From the IMG/VR virus record IMGVR_UViG_3300036790_000231, positions 27,256 through 91,255 of that record: a DNA stretch of 64,000 nucleotides; one strand, written 5' to 3'. Each line of letters starts with the position of its first letter. Position 1 is the stretch's first letter. A program made the position numbers and the translations under genes. The notes under the pieces were generated by a model. That model was not told where the DNA came from and did not search any database. It was given only the letters and a program-made list of their open reading frames with translations. Shown here one piece after another: positions 49,225 to 59,197 of this stretch. This DNA is from a virus.

Positions 49225-51077
49225 ATGATAACAATTGAAACTTTAAAGCATAGAAGGTGGATAGAGAAAGAGATAGAATTTGTAAATGGAGATAGAAAAC
49301 ATATTTATGAGATACTTGAGAATTGTAGTCATATTTATAAACTTTATCATGATGAATATGAGGAACTACTTACTTATGCTGAAGGATATTCAGCAGGATG
49401 GCGCCAGAGGATGGAGAGCCAATGTCTGAACTAGACAAGAATGCTCAATTGCGGGAAAGCATAGATAAGGCTACTATTCTCATCGGAGATCTGACGCGCC
49501 AACTTTCTAAAGCCCACGAGAGAATCGGCCGATTGGAAGGAGAAAGGCAAGCCGCCGAGTGGCCAGGAGTGATTGATGGATGGAAAGAAAAGGTCAAGCT
49601 GGGAGAGGATTTGGCTAATATGATTTTGAAATCTGATAATTATATTATTATAGTAAAGACAGCACAAAGAATACTAAAAAATGCCTGAATCCTTTTATGA
49701 TAATGAATGGGCAGCTCCGGCCACAGAGATGGAAGAGTTGAAACGTCCTCTGAGCTATCAACGGCTTATAAAGTTGATGGATGTGATTCGGAATGAGGAC
49801 TCTATTCGGCCCGGTTCTGTGCCTTATACAATTATGTTTGCATTGAGAGAGACTGAAAAGGGAGAAAAAAGATGAAGCACATTCATAGAGATCTTCCAAT
49901 GCTTGAAGTATGGACATCCAATCATACTACGCATGTAGCTTTCAGCACATTTGGAGGAATAGCATTTGGAATATTTACATCAATAATAATAGCTAATTTT
50001 TTCATTCATTTTATTGATAGCTACAAATCTTAAATATTATACGGCAAAAGAGCTAAGAACAGCATATATAATTGCTAGCAGAAATAATAATAAGACTGAG
50101 CTAACGTACTTACATCAAGAGATTAAAGACCGTGGACTATCAATTACTAAAATGATGGAGAAGAAGTGATATATGGTAAGGGAAATAAAATATGCTCAAT
50201 GGGACATTTGATAAGGAGAAAAAATGAAAGAATCTATTGAGAGACAAGAGCTAATAGAAATTACTAAAACAACACTGAAGAAATTTCCTGATCTTTCTGA
50301 ATACAAGAGAAAAAAGCTAATGAAAGCTGCCAAATCAGCTAAATTTATTCTCGTTAATGGCTGGAGGTATAATGAGTGTGGATGCCTGGTTGGAACGGCA
50401 TATTTTAACAGTCTTTCTAATACCAAGTATGTTAACTCTATAGCAATTAAAAAAATATTGGGCCAAGAAATGTTAGAAATAGGAATGTATTTTAATAGAG
50501 AGATTATCAATCATCTAGATGGATTTACTACTTATCCTCCTATTGAACAACGAATAATTGATATTGTAGATTAAATGAATAAAAATATTAAACCCACTAA
50601 AAAAGATTATAATAATTCTCATATTATTCCTCTAATTCCCAATAGAGAACCATCTGACATAGATATATATTCTGCAAGAAATAGAACCGAAGGTTTTATA
50701 CTAGGGACTATAATCGCGTGAATGATAATGCTAAGATATGGGTGAATTTGCTACGAAGTAAAGAATACTTTCAAACTCATGGAAGGCTAAGCAGTACAGG
50801 ACATATACTCCATTATCCCCTATATTGTTGTTTAGGAGTTGCTTGTGTAGCGTACGAACAATCAGAAGGAACCATCGATCCTAGTTGGAAAAATGATACA
50901 ATTCTCCCTATACAAGTAAGAAAATGGCTTAACCTAAAAAGCCCGCTTGGATCATATGAGGATTCTTTTGGGAATAATACTTCCCTAGTACAAGATAATG
51001 ACCTTTATATGAAGGACTTTAATAAAATAGCAGCAATCATTGAAAGCGAACCACAAGGTCTTTTTGAAGATTCTTGA
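49225..51077 (+). other. cluster of small hypothetical CDS (49225-49434, ~49422-49688, 49681-49875, 50224-50574, 50718-51077)
   Basis: Co-oriented ORFs. 50718-51077 has a W..LRS..Y.Q..GRL..YCCLGVAC..ND..F..IA motif. Confidence 0.5.
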
Positions 51078-51102
51078 CATAGGAGGGGAAAGCTGCTAGA
51101 GT
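51074..51102 (+). promoter_or_regulatory. sigma70-type promoter
   Basis: TTGACA-17 bp-TAGAGT with an extended TG. Confidence 0.75.
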
Positions 51103-51192
51103 TGTTTGGGTAGGGTGGATCTAGTATGAAGCTGCTCTACAAATTATAATTGTTCATCATAAATTGAAGTTTTAATACAGAAAGAAGCAATC

Positions 51193-51474
51193 ATGCATAC
51201 ATACACAATTGGTAAGCGCAATGATGTTGTTATGGCAATTCGGGAGAAGAAGCGAGTCACATCGGCCGAGATCGGCGTTGAGACTGCCTATCTCGATGCA
51301 CTGAAGCAGGCTGGAATTGTCGAGGTAATTGATAGAATTCCTACCGGCGGTCGCGGCCGTCCAAGGAACCTTTACAGACTATCGAAGCGTGGTCAGGGTA
51401 TCGCTTTGAATCTCACGCGCAAGGCCCAGAAGGTTTCACAGCCCCGCGCCGAGCAAGAGCTAATTGCAGCATGA
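51193..51474 (+). CDS. winged-helix DNA-binding protein
   Basis: LDALKQAGIVE...GGRGRPRNLYRLS..G. Confidence 0.75.
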   Translation: MHTYTIGKRNDVVMAIREKKRVTSAEIGVETAYLDALKQAGIVEVIDRIPTGGRGRPRNLYRLSKRGQGIALNLTRKAQKVSQPRAEQELIAA

Positions 51475-51882
51475 CTAAGAAGGAAGCAATAGAAAAGTTG
51501 AAAGCCGCAGCTAAGACCTTTGACGCAGATACAGCCCACAGAGACGCGGATGATATCTTAGTCCAATACATCAAAGATCCGCAAATAACCCGTGCATACA
51601 AAGCCGTCCCCAAGTGGTACAGCTAATGGAGGAACCTTGTATCCATTGTAATGGCACAGGCGAGCGCCAGCCGGACGGTGTAGATGAGATGGGCTTGCCG
51701 CGTTGGGGACCGGAAGGACTAGACAATAAGGTAGACAAGAGCTGCACCTACTGCAAAAAGGACACCCCCCAAATGACATCACCTATTGAGACCCCCAAAG
51801 CGGGGGAAACTTATAAAGACGCCGACGGCCGCAAGCTAGAAATCACAGCCCCGCGCCGAGCAAGAGCTAATTGCAGCATGAC
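51436..51882 (+). repeat. perfect 40-bp direct repeat (51436-51475 and 51843-51882)
   Basis: TCACAGCCCCGCGCCGAGCAAGAGCTAATTGCAGCATGAC occurs twice. Confidence 0.92.
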
Positions 51883-51953
51883 GGATAAGGAAAAGATACT
51901 AATTTGATGAAATGTATAGCTATAGATGCAATTAATGACATTAAGGAACCGGC

Positions 51954-52331
51954 ATGAGTACAGATAACCTGGTAAAGCAGATCGATAGGCGATTGGAAAC
52001 AGTCACCAATAATATAACTGACTTGGTATTGAAGATTACTCCATTGGAGGAAGAAAAGGAAGCTTTGGATAACGCTCGCAAAGTTCTTTTGGGAGAAAGT
52101 CTTCAAGCACCAAAAAGGGAATATGCTCGTCTGCCCGATATGGCCGGATATATTCTTGACTATATCGACTCTAATCCCGGTCAAATTGGCTCAGCGATTG
52201 GACATGGATGCAAATTTATGAATACTCCCGCTGAATCAGGAAAGGTTTACAAAGTTCTTAATTCGCTATGTGCTGAACATAAGGTTACAAGGGATAGCAG
52301 TAAGAAATATTGGATAAGACAGCATGTCTAA
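51954..52331 (+). CDS. coiled-coil + winged-helix protein
   Basis: N-terminal heptads; ILDYIDSNPG...VYKVLNSL...KV.RD..KYW. Confidence 0.65.
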   Translation: MSTDNLVKQIDRRLETVTNNITDLVLKITPLEEEKEALDNARKVLLGESLQAPKREYARLPDMAGYILDYIDSNPGQIGSAIGHGCKFMNTPAESGKVYKVLNSLCAEHKVTRDSSKKYWIRQHV

Positions 52332-52490
52332 TAAGTAACCTGCTATGTTAAAAGTAGTAGCACAGATTGAACTAGAGGTAGAAACAATAAATTCCTTTAT
52401 TAATGAGACAGAATTAGAAGAACAACCTTGGGAAAAGTTAAAATTCTCAAAGTAAGGTAATGTGCTAAAGTAGGAAAAGATAGTATCAAA

Positions 52491-52568
52491 GCTCGCCTAA
52501 CCCCTCTGCTTTACAGGCAGTAGAAAGGGTAATTGGATTGCATCTAGGTTCGAGTCCTAGGGCGAGCA
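52491..52568 (+). ncRNA. atypical tRNA-like RNA (Val-TAC-like hairpin, rearranged lower half)
   Basis: Perfect acceptor GCTCGCC/GGCGAGC+A and T arm CTAGG-TTCGAGT-CCTAG, but non-canonical D and anticodon regions. Confidence 0.7.
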
Positions 52569-52627
52569 TTGGGGGTTTCCTAGCGGTGAGTCTGCCTCCT
52601 GCTTGCCGATCGGGCCGCTAGGAGCGC

Positions 52628-52698
52628 GCTGTTATAGCTCAATGGTAGAGCGCCTGTCTTGTAAACAGGTGATTCTGATTCGACTTCAGATAACAGCT
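52628..52698 (+). tRNA. tRNA-Thr(TGT)
   Basis: GCTGTTA/TAACAGC; GCTC-AATGGTA-GAGC; CCTGT-CT TGT AA-ACAGG; TCTGA-TTCGACT-TCAGA. Confidence 0.92.
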
Positions 52699-52860
52699 TT
52701 TTGGAGTATAGGCAAGGATTCGACGCAGTCTGGTCACCCGTAATTCTCAGAGAGCCTTTCTCCAAAGTTGGATTCGCAAAGGTATATTTATATGACTAGG
52801 TAATTTTACCAGCCTTGAATCTAATTCCAATGAGATTAGTCAGTCTGCGATTGGAAACTA

Positions 52861-52932
52861 CCGGCTGTAGAATAATGGTAATTCCCCACACTCATAATGT
52901 GCAAGATTCTGGTTCGAATCCAGGCGGCCGGA
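52861..52932 (+). tRNA. tRNA with CAT anticodon (Met or Ile2)
   Basis: CCGGCTG/CGGCCGG; CACA-CT CAT AA-TGTG; CTGG-TTCGAAT-CCAG. Confidence 0.85.
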
Positions 52933-53058
52933 TGAAGGGAGCCCACAAGATCAGCTATCTTCTGGCAATAAGAGAAAAGGAACATTCTCGAATAAGACAC
53001 GGCCGATAGGTCTACCCTTCTAATTTTTATTTCCACCACTCGAAATTCTAGATTAAAT

Positions 53059-53450
53059 ATGAAATTAATCAAGTTAAATATATATGAATATAGAATACAA
53101 GGATTAGATAAGGGTTCCAATCTTTGGAGCCATCCAACATATGATTTGTGCGAAGCTCAAAAGAAGAAGTCATTATTGGAAATAGAGTTCGAAAATATAT
53201 TAGAATCTACTTGGATAGAGAGAAGAAATAAGTTTGGATGGAAATGGAGAAAGATATGAAGATGAATGAATTTTCAAATGAGTATAGGGCATGCGCTAGT
53301 GATAAGGGAGATTTGTCTAGTGATTATGGTAAGGTACGAGAAACATATTTGGAAGCACAAAGAGATTTATCTTTAATGGGACAAGCAAAACCTTCATATG
53401 ATGAATTCTTCATTGAGAAGAGATGTGTTTCAGATTGGGAAAGAATGTAA
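53059..53450 (+). other. two small hypothetical CDS (53059-53259, ~53256-53450)
   Basis: Coupled ORFs. Confidence 0.45.
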
Positions 53451-53712
53451 TGAGTCATTTAAGAGGAATGGCTCTTGCATCATTATTACGTGAGGCTGCT
53501 GAGGATGCAGAAAATAGTTCTATAACTAATGACACAATGATAGAAGGTCTTTCAACTATAAGATTAATAATTTTCAATCAACTATAAGATTAATAATTTT
53601 CAAGGTTCATAGTAAGAAGAATGCATTAAATATAATAAATGAAATTGTAGGTGAGGCTCTTTACGGAAATTTTCCAGGAACAATTGAGAAGTATAATAGA
53701 AGGTATAAATAG
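53450..53712 (+). pseudogene. small gene frameshifted by a 26-bp tandem duplication
   Basis: TCAACTATAAGATTAATAATTTTCAA twice (53552-53603). Removing one copy restores a 78-aa ORF. Confidence 0.65.
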
Positions 53713-53718
53713 ATATAA

Positions 53719-53790
53719 GCCCTTGTGGTCCAACGGATAAGACGACAAACTTCTAATTTGTAAATCAAAGTTCGATTCTTTGCAGGGGCA
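53719..53790 (+). tRNA. tRNA-Arg(TCT)
   Basis: GCCCTTG/CAGGGGC; ACAAA-CT TCT AA-TTTGT; CAAAG-TTCGATT-CTTTG. Confidence 0.92.
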
Positions 53791-53892
53791 CTAGGGAGAT
53801 GGAGATATCCGTGAGGAATCTTAGATAAATTGGCGAAAATGTCGTTATACCAATTTATTGGCTGGAATCTCCCTTTCAATTTCTTCTGGCCA

Positions 53893-54054
53893 CCACTAGT
53901 GTGAGGCTAGCACAAATAGGTAACAAGATAAAGCGAAATTCTGTATCTAATGCGATGCGTATGTCCTTAAAGATTAATTTCTTTTTGGTTAACGGATACA
54001 GAGGCGGTCAGAAGAAAGCAAATTTCAAATCATCGACCACTCCTCACTTAGTGG
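53893..54054 (+). ncRNA. candidate ~160-nt structured RNA
   Basis: Closing stem CCACTAGTGTGAGG/CCTCACTTAGTGG, inner stem TCTGTATC/GATACAGA; no ORF. Confidence 0.5.
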
Positions 54055-54313
54055 AGGTTAAATCTCTTTGAGAATAATTGAGAGCCATTTTGACGGCAAC
54101 TCAGGCCGATATCCTAAGATATTGAGGTTAGAAGATTTAATGAAAATTATAATAGGTAATATACATTTTGAATGTTTTCAATCTAGGTACAAAATCGGCC
54201 CACTATGGATAGCTGATGATTTGCATTTGTGAATAGGTGATAGATGAGTACATGTATTTTTTTTTCCTATACCTAAAATAATTACTGATAAACTTAATAA
54301 GGATATATAGAAA

Positions 54314-55226
54314 ATGTATAATGAAACAATAGTGTGGATCGTGTTACAGCACGATTATGAAAATACGTATATTCATGAAATTTTTGATAGCGAAAGTGCC
54401 GCCGAGGAAGAGCGCGAAAAATGCACGAATGAAGACAAATCCGATCCTCCATATGGTTGGACAGTCAAATCATATAAGGTGAACTATGGCGCGCGGACTG
54501 TCCTCGACTACGAGCGAGAGCACCCGAAGTACGACGAGAAGGCACCTGCCGTCGAGCGCGCGGCTAAGGCGCTCACGATGTATCTGACGGGTGACCCGAC
54601 GCGCATCGAGGAGTTCCGCCGCCAGGCGCAGGTCGCTGTTGAGGCTGCGGGTGTGCCGTGGCAGCCGGATGCAGAGACTCGCGCAGCGCTTCTGGAGAGC
54701 GCGAGAGCCGACGACCCTTCCCTCCGGGATCTCCTACGGGCGCTGGCCGCAGCGACTGATCTTCAGACGGGGATGGGTGGCCTCAGTGATATCTCGGCGA
54801 CTGACTTGGATCACCTTGGAGCGATAGGACTGGTCGATGACCCTGCATGGCCGCACTTGACGCTCAAGGCCCGTGAGTTGATCCAGCAGGCAATCCAGTG
54901 ATTGTGCGTACCTACGACACGTTTTGTGACGTGAAAGGCAGCAAATGTCACGTCTGGGCCGAGGGAGCTTCGACTACCAGGGGCGCTGCCGCTACTCGTC
55001 AAGATGCTCTCGCAGTGGGCTGGCATCGAATTGGCACCAAGGATGTTTGTCCGAGCTGCCAGCAGGAAATCGCAATCTCAAAGATGGCAACAATGAGCAG
55101 GAAGTCGATGTAGAGGAATGCCTCTTCCATCTCGACGGTCGCATCGATATCTGGCTGAATGGATGGCGTCATTGGAATAGCGATAGAATAATCGAGCTAT
55201 TAAAAGCCCAAAGGAGAAAAGATTGA
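54314..55226 (+). other. mosaic hypothetical CDS (54314-54901, 54898-55113) with a GC-rich segment
   Basis: Abrupt rise in GC at ~54488, inside the first ORF. Confidence 0.55.
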
Positions 55227-55413
55227 ATTGAGATAGAAGTTGGTCAAGTATTTCGTCATAAGACAGATAGAAGTAGAAGATTAATAGTAATTAAGGATCT
55301 TGAAGAAAGATATTACAGATATTTATGTAGACAATATAAATCCAATTATAGAGATGGCACAGTAGAACTTAGTAAAACCGAGCTTTTAAGAGGATATGAA
55401 AAGGTAGATCCAA

Positions 55414-56538
55414 ATGAACGGTTTGGCACCTACGATCAATATGGAAACAGACTATGAAAATTATGAGAAGGCAATAAAGATTGGTGATCTTTTAACAGAG
55501 AAGATGGATGAATTTGGAATGAGGGCTGAGGTTGAGAATATTACTATTGCTCCTCAAGTTATTAAATTTGATATGATTCCTGCTTCGGGAACATCTGTGC
55601 GCAAGCTTCCCAGCCTAAAGTTGGATTTACAGTATGAGGTTGGAGCTAAGTCTTTGAGGATAATTGCACCTGTACCGGGAAAGAAAGTAATCGGAATTGA
55701 GATTGATAATCCTGATAGAAGATTAATTACTTTGGCCGACTTTCAGGAGAACGCGCCAACTGATCCACTTTCTTTTCCGCTTGGAATAGATACGGAAAAT
55801 AAAAAGATATGGATCAATCTTCCTGAACAAGGTCCGCATATGCTTATTGGTGGCGCGACTGGAGGGGGAAAGAGTACAGCATTAAACGTGATTATCACTT
55901 CTCTTATCTCGCGTTTTACTCCAGAAGAATTGAATCTAATACTTATTGATACCAAGAGAGTAGAGCTAACTCGATATGAAGGAATCCCTCATCTCGCCGC
56001 GCCTGTCGCGCAAGATGTTCTAAGCGCCGTCAGAGCATTTGCAGGAATTGTTAAATGCATGGAGAAGCGTTATGAGGTCGCTGCAAGACTAGGGGCTAAA
56101 GATCTAAATGAGCTAAATTCCCTAATTGCTGGTGACCTCTCTAGACCCTACCGTCGCTATCCTCACGTTCTCGTCATTGTAGACGAGCTAGCAGACCTTA
56201 TGATGATGGCAAAGCATGAGATTGAGGATTCTATTGTAAGAATTGCGCAAAAGGCAAGAGCAATGGGTATTCATCTTATCTTAGCCACGCAAACTCCGCG
56301 AAGAGAGATTGTAACCGGCACTCTAAAGGCAAATCTTTCAAGTAGATTGACATTTGCAACTACTTCAGAACTTGATAGTAAAATCATTCTTGACCAAATG
56401 GGAGGAGGACAATTGCTTGGCTCAGGTGATGCTCTTTTTTCCGAACAAGGCAGACTAGCTTATAGAATGCAAAGTCCTTTTGTAAGCTCTGAGGAAATTA
56501 ATACAATAGTCAATGAATTGAGGGACTATAGAATGTAA
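55414..56538 (+). CDS. ftsK: FtsK/SpoIIIE-family DNA translocase (alpha-beta motor only)
   Basis: RIIAPVPGK..IGIEI, PHMLIGGATGGGKS, IDTKRVEL, IVDELADLMM, RAMGIHLILATQ and LLGSGD. Confidence 0.9.
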   Translation: MNGLAPTINMETDYENYEKAIKIGDLLTEKMDEFGMRAEVENITIAPQVIKFDMIPASGTSVRKLPSLKLDLQYEVGAKSLRIIAPVPGKKVIGIEIDNPDRRLITLADFQENAPTDPLSFPLGIDTENKKIWINLPEQGPHMLIGGATGGGKSTALNVIITSLISRFTPEELNLILIDTKRVELTRYEGIPHLAAPVAQDVLSAVRAFAGIVKCMEKRYEVAARLGAKDLNELNSLIAGDLSRPYRRYPHVLVIVDELADLMMMAKHEIEDSIVRIAQKARAMGIHLILATQTPRREIVTGTLKANLSSRLTFATTSELDSKIILDQMGGGQLLGSGDALFSEQGRLAYRMQSPFVSSEEINTIVNELRDYRM

Positions 56539-56869
56539 AGGATGTACCTCAAAACTTATTTCTGAGATTTTGGAATAATACCAAAGGAATAATATGGACT
56601 TACATTTAAAAGAAGTAGAAGCAGCAGTAAGAGTTCATAAATCAGAATGGCCTGATTCAGTAAACATGCCCTTAGCCTTCAACAAGATAGGAAGTAATAT
56701 ATATTTATCTATTAGTGCTGTTAGATATCTTTATGATGGAAAATATTGGAAGAAGATTTCCTCATGATATTGGCTTGGCTTATAATATATTTAATAGAGT
56801 CTACACCTCATGTTTCTATAACAGCAAATCATAATGAATGGGGAATCAGTTTAATATTATGCATAATAA

Positions 56870-57670
56870 TTGATATTTACTACATTGGAAGGAAAAATGA
56901 CTGACTCAATTAATGATATTATTTTTCAAACAGTTCAAGCACTTAATTCTCGCAAGGACAAACTTGCAGATCTTATTGTAGAAACAGAGAAAAAGCTTGA
57001 ACAACTTTGGGCTGAATCATCGGATATAGATAAATCCATCTCTCATGTTCAATTGGCAGAAATATCTCATGTAAGTGATGATGTTCTTTCTGAACAAAGA
57101 GTTCTCGATCTGCCTAAACCTACTATTACAGAGAAAATAACTCGTAAAAGACCAATCGGTCCTCCAGTCATAGAATCAGATATACGTGATTGGATAATTG
57201 AAAAGAGAACTTTTACTTCTAAGGAACTTGCAACACACTTTTCTAGAACAATTGCATGGGCTCATAACAAGATAAATATTTATTATAGTAAAGGTGTCAT
57301 AGCCAAGGGCAATGAACCATCAAGATCAGGCATTCCTATCATTTGGGAATATGTTAAGCCTAAAGAAGAAGTTATCAAGTCTAACCCTTTTCGAGATACT
57401 AAATCCAACGAAGATTATCCCGAGCGCGGCAGGCCCGTGGCAGGCACGGGTAAGTGGCACAAAGATAATATAAGATATGCCAATAAGGATATTAAAAATA
57501 TCATTGACAAATCTAGATCCCAAGGATGCAAAATTGAACCTACAGGGTCGGGTCATATAATCATCTCCAATGATATGGGTAAGGTTACAATTTCATCTAC
57601 GCCATCTAGTAGGTCTAGCATTAGTAACGCCAAAGATCAGATAAAAAAGATTCTAGGAGTGAACGTATAA
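56870..57670 (+). CDS. coiled-coil + wHTH + C-terminal HicA-like domain protein
   Basis: N-terminal heptads; FTSKELATHF; C-terminal QGCKIEPTGSGHIII..VTISSTPS. Confidence 0.6.
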   Translation: MIFTTLEGKMTDSINDIIFQTVQALNSRKDKLADLIVETEKKLEQLWAESSDIDKSISHVQLAEISHVSDDVLSEQRVLDLPKPTITEKITRKRPIGPPVIESDIRDWIIEKRTFTSKELATHFSRTIAWAHNKINIYYSKGVIAKGNEPSRSGIPIIWEYVKPKEEVIKSNPFRDTKSNEDYPERGRPVAGTGKWHKDNIRYANKDIKNIIDKSRSQGCKIEPTGSGHIIISNDMGKVTISSTPSSRSSISNAKDQIKKILGVNV

Positions 57671-58161
57671 TGATTAACGATTTAAATAGTGATGGACAGG
57701 CAGAAGTCGGTGAAGTCAACGGCGAGCATCCTCATAGCCGCTTCCGTCAGGCCGAGCCATCCTCTGCCGAGTCGCCGTTTGAGTGCCCAGCGGTGATGAC
57801 GGATCTAGCCGAGGAGCAGAAGGTCGCCAAGACATACCTCGACGCACAGCAGAGATTCACCAAGAGCCACGACCTCTCTGTGCTTCAGTCCTTCTTAGAT
57901 GCTCTCCGCTGGAAGGCGGACGATCACATCGTGAATCACGAGGGCGAACATGTGTGGCTTCGCTCGGTCCCCGGTGGAATTACTGACTGTTGCCCCTACG
58001 AGGCTCCATGCCCAGAACATGATCGCCGCGACCCCAAGCAGCAGGAGATCACAGAGGCAGCACGCGTATTGGAGGCCCACGCAGAGCGACACTATTCGAT
58101 GTGGACGATCCGTGGATCGGACCTCGAACGACTCCGCGCCGCTCTGGGAAAGGATGATTAA
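57670..58161 (+). CDS. hypothetical protein, GC-rich mosaic
   Basis: ORF coupled to the upstream gene; GC-rich from ~57690. Confidence 0.45.
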   Translation: MINDLNSDGQAEVGEVNGEHPHSRFRQAEPSSAESPFECPAVMTDLAEEQKVAKTYLDAQQRFTKSHDLSVLQSFLDALRWKADDHIVNHEGEHVWLRSVPGGITDCCPYEAPCPEHDRRDPKQQEITEAARVLEAHAERHYSMWTIRGSDLERLRAALGKDD

Positions 58162-58418
58162 TATCACCTTTGAATCAAATACCCGACGGATAGAACTATT
58201 AAAATGGTTAGAAGTAAATAAAATACATCGTCTAACTACATCTGTTATTTATTCCAAAGCAAGAGGTTTTGATGAATTATATCTTTATGATCCTACAGAA
58301 TTTCCTCCATCTCGTACAGTAGGAATGCTTAGGTGCAGAAGAGATCTAGATCTGCTGCACAAACATTCGCTAATAAATAGACATCAATATCTCAATAGTG
58401 AGATAGAATGGTCCTTAA

Positions 58419-58904
58419 ATGATGAACAAATCAATTAACTTATCTGATGCCTTATTAATAGCTATTAACGTTCATGGAAAACAAGTCGATAAGCAAAATA
58501 ATCCTTATATTCTACATATAACTAGGGTAGTAGAAAAAGCTTATAGCGAAGAAGAAAAGATTATTGCAGCCTTGCATGATGTATGGGAGGATTCTCCCGG
58601 TACTACTCTACCATTTGTGTATCCTTCTATATATAATTCTTTAGTCTTACTTACAAGAAATCCAGAAATTACTTATAAAGAGTATATTAATAAAATATAT
58701 GAATCAAAAAATTTAAACGCTATAAAAATAAAGATTCTTGATCTAGAAGATAATCTATCTAATATGCCAATAAGACCTAGAGTAACAGCTCAATGTAGAA
58801 TAAAAAGATTTGAACAAGAGCTACAATCAGCATATTGGGATAAACAATGGCTAGGTCTTCAAGATAGATATACTAAAGCACTTACTATTTTAAAAGGAGA
58901 ATAA
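58419..58904 (+). CDS. HD-domain small alarmone hydrolase-like (SpoT-HD/Mesh1 type)
   Basis: A..HGKQVDK..PYILH..RV, AALHDVWED and IKILDLEDN. Confidence 0.85.
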   Translation: MMNKSINLSDALLIAINVHGKQVDKQNNPYILHITRVVEKAYSEEEKIIAALHDVWEDSPGTTLPFVYPSIYNSLVLLTRNPEITYKEYINKIYESKNLNAIKIKILDLEDNLSNMPIRPRVTAQCRIKRFEQELQSAYWDKQWLGLQDRYTKALTILKGE

Positions 58905-59197
58905 TGAATAAAGAAGATTTTATCAAACAAAGCTTAAAAATTTATGAAAAAGAGCTTGAAAGATACGAACAAAGATCATTTAAGTTAGCAAATGAAAATG
59001 GACTATTAAAATTCCAAAATTCTATTCTAAAAGAAGATTTAAAAAATAATAGCGCTAATCTTCAACGTAAGATTAGAAAGCAAGCACGGGTAATTAAAAG
59101 ATTTGAAGATAAAAGAGATAGGTCAAATGATCTCCATCCAGAGCCACCATTGGATATAACTTCAGAGGTAAAGATGGACCTAGCCAATGAATTCTGA
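58904..59197 (+). CDS. coiled-coil hypothetical protein
   Basis: Coupled ORF. Confidence 0.5.
   Translation: MNKEDFIKQSLKIYEKELERYEQRSFKLANENGLLKFQNSILKEDLKNNSANLQRKIRKQARVIKRFEDKRDRSNDLHPEPPLDITSEVKMDLANEF

Noticed and set aside
52569-52627. HDV-like theta ribozyme after a tRNA
   Set aside because: The nested P1/P2/P3 pseudoknot could not be built; only a simple hairpin is supported.
52700-52860. tmRNA, because of GGATTCGAC near a 5' GGAG
   Set aside because: No matching 3' T arm/acceptor end and no tag reading frame; the region is too short.
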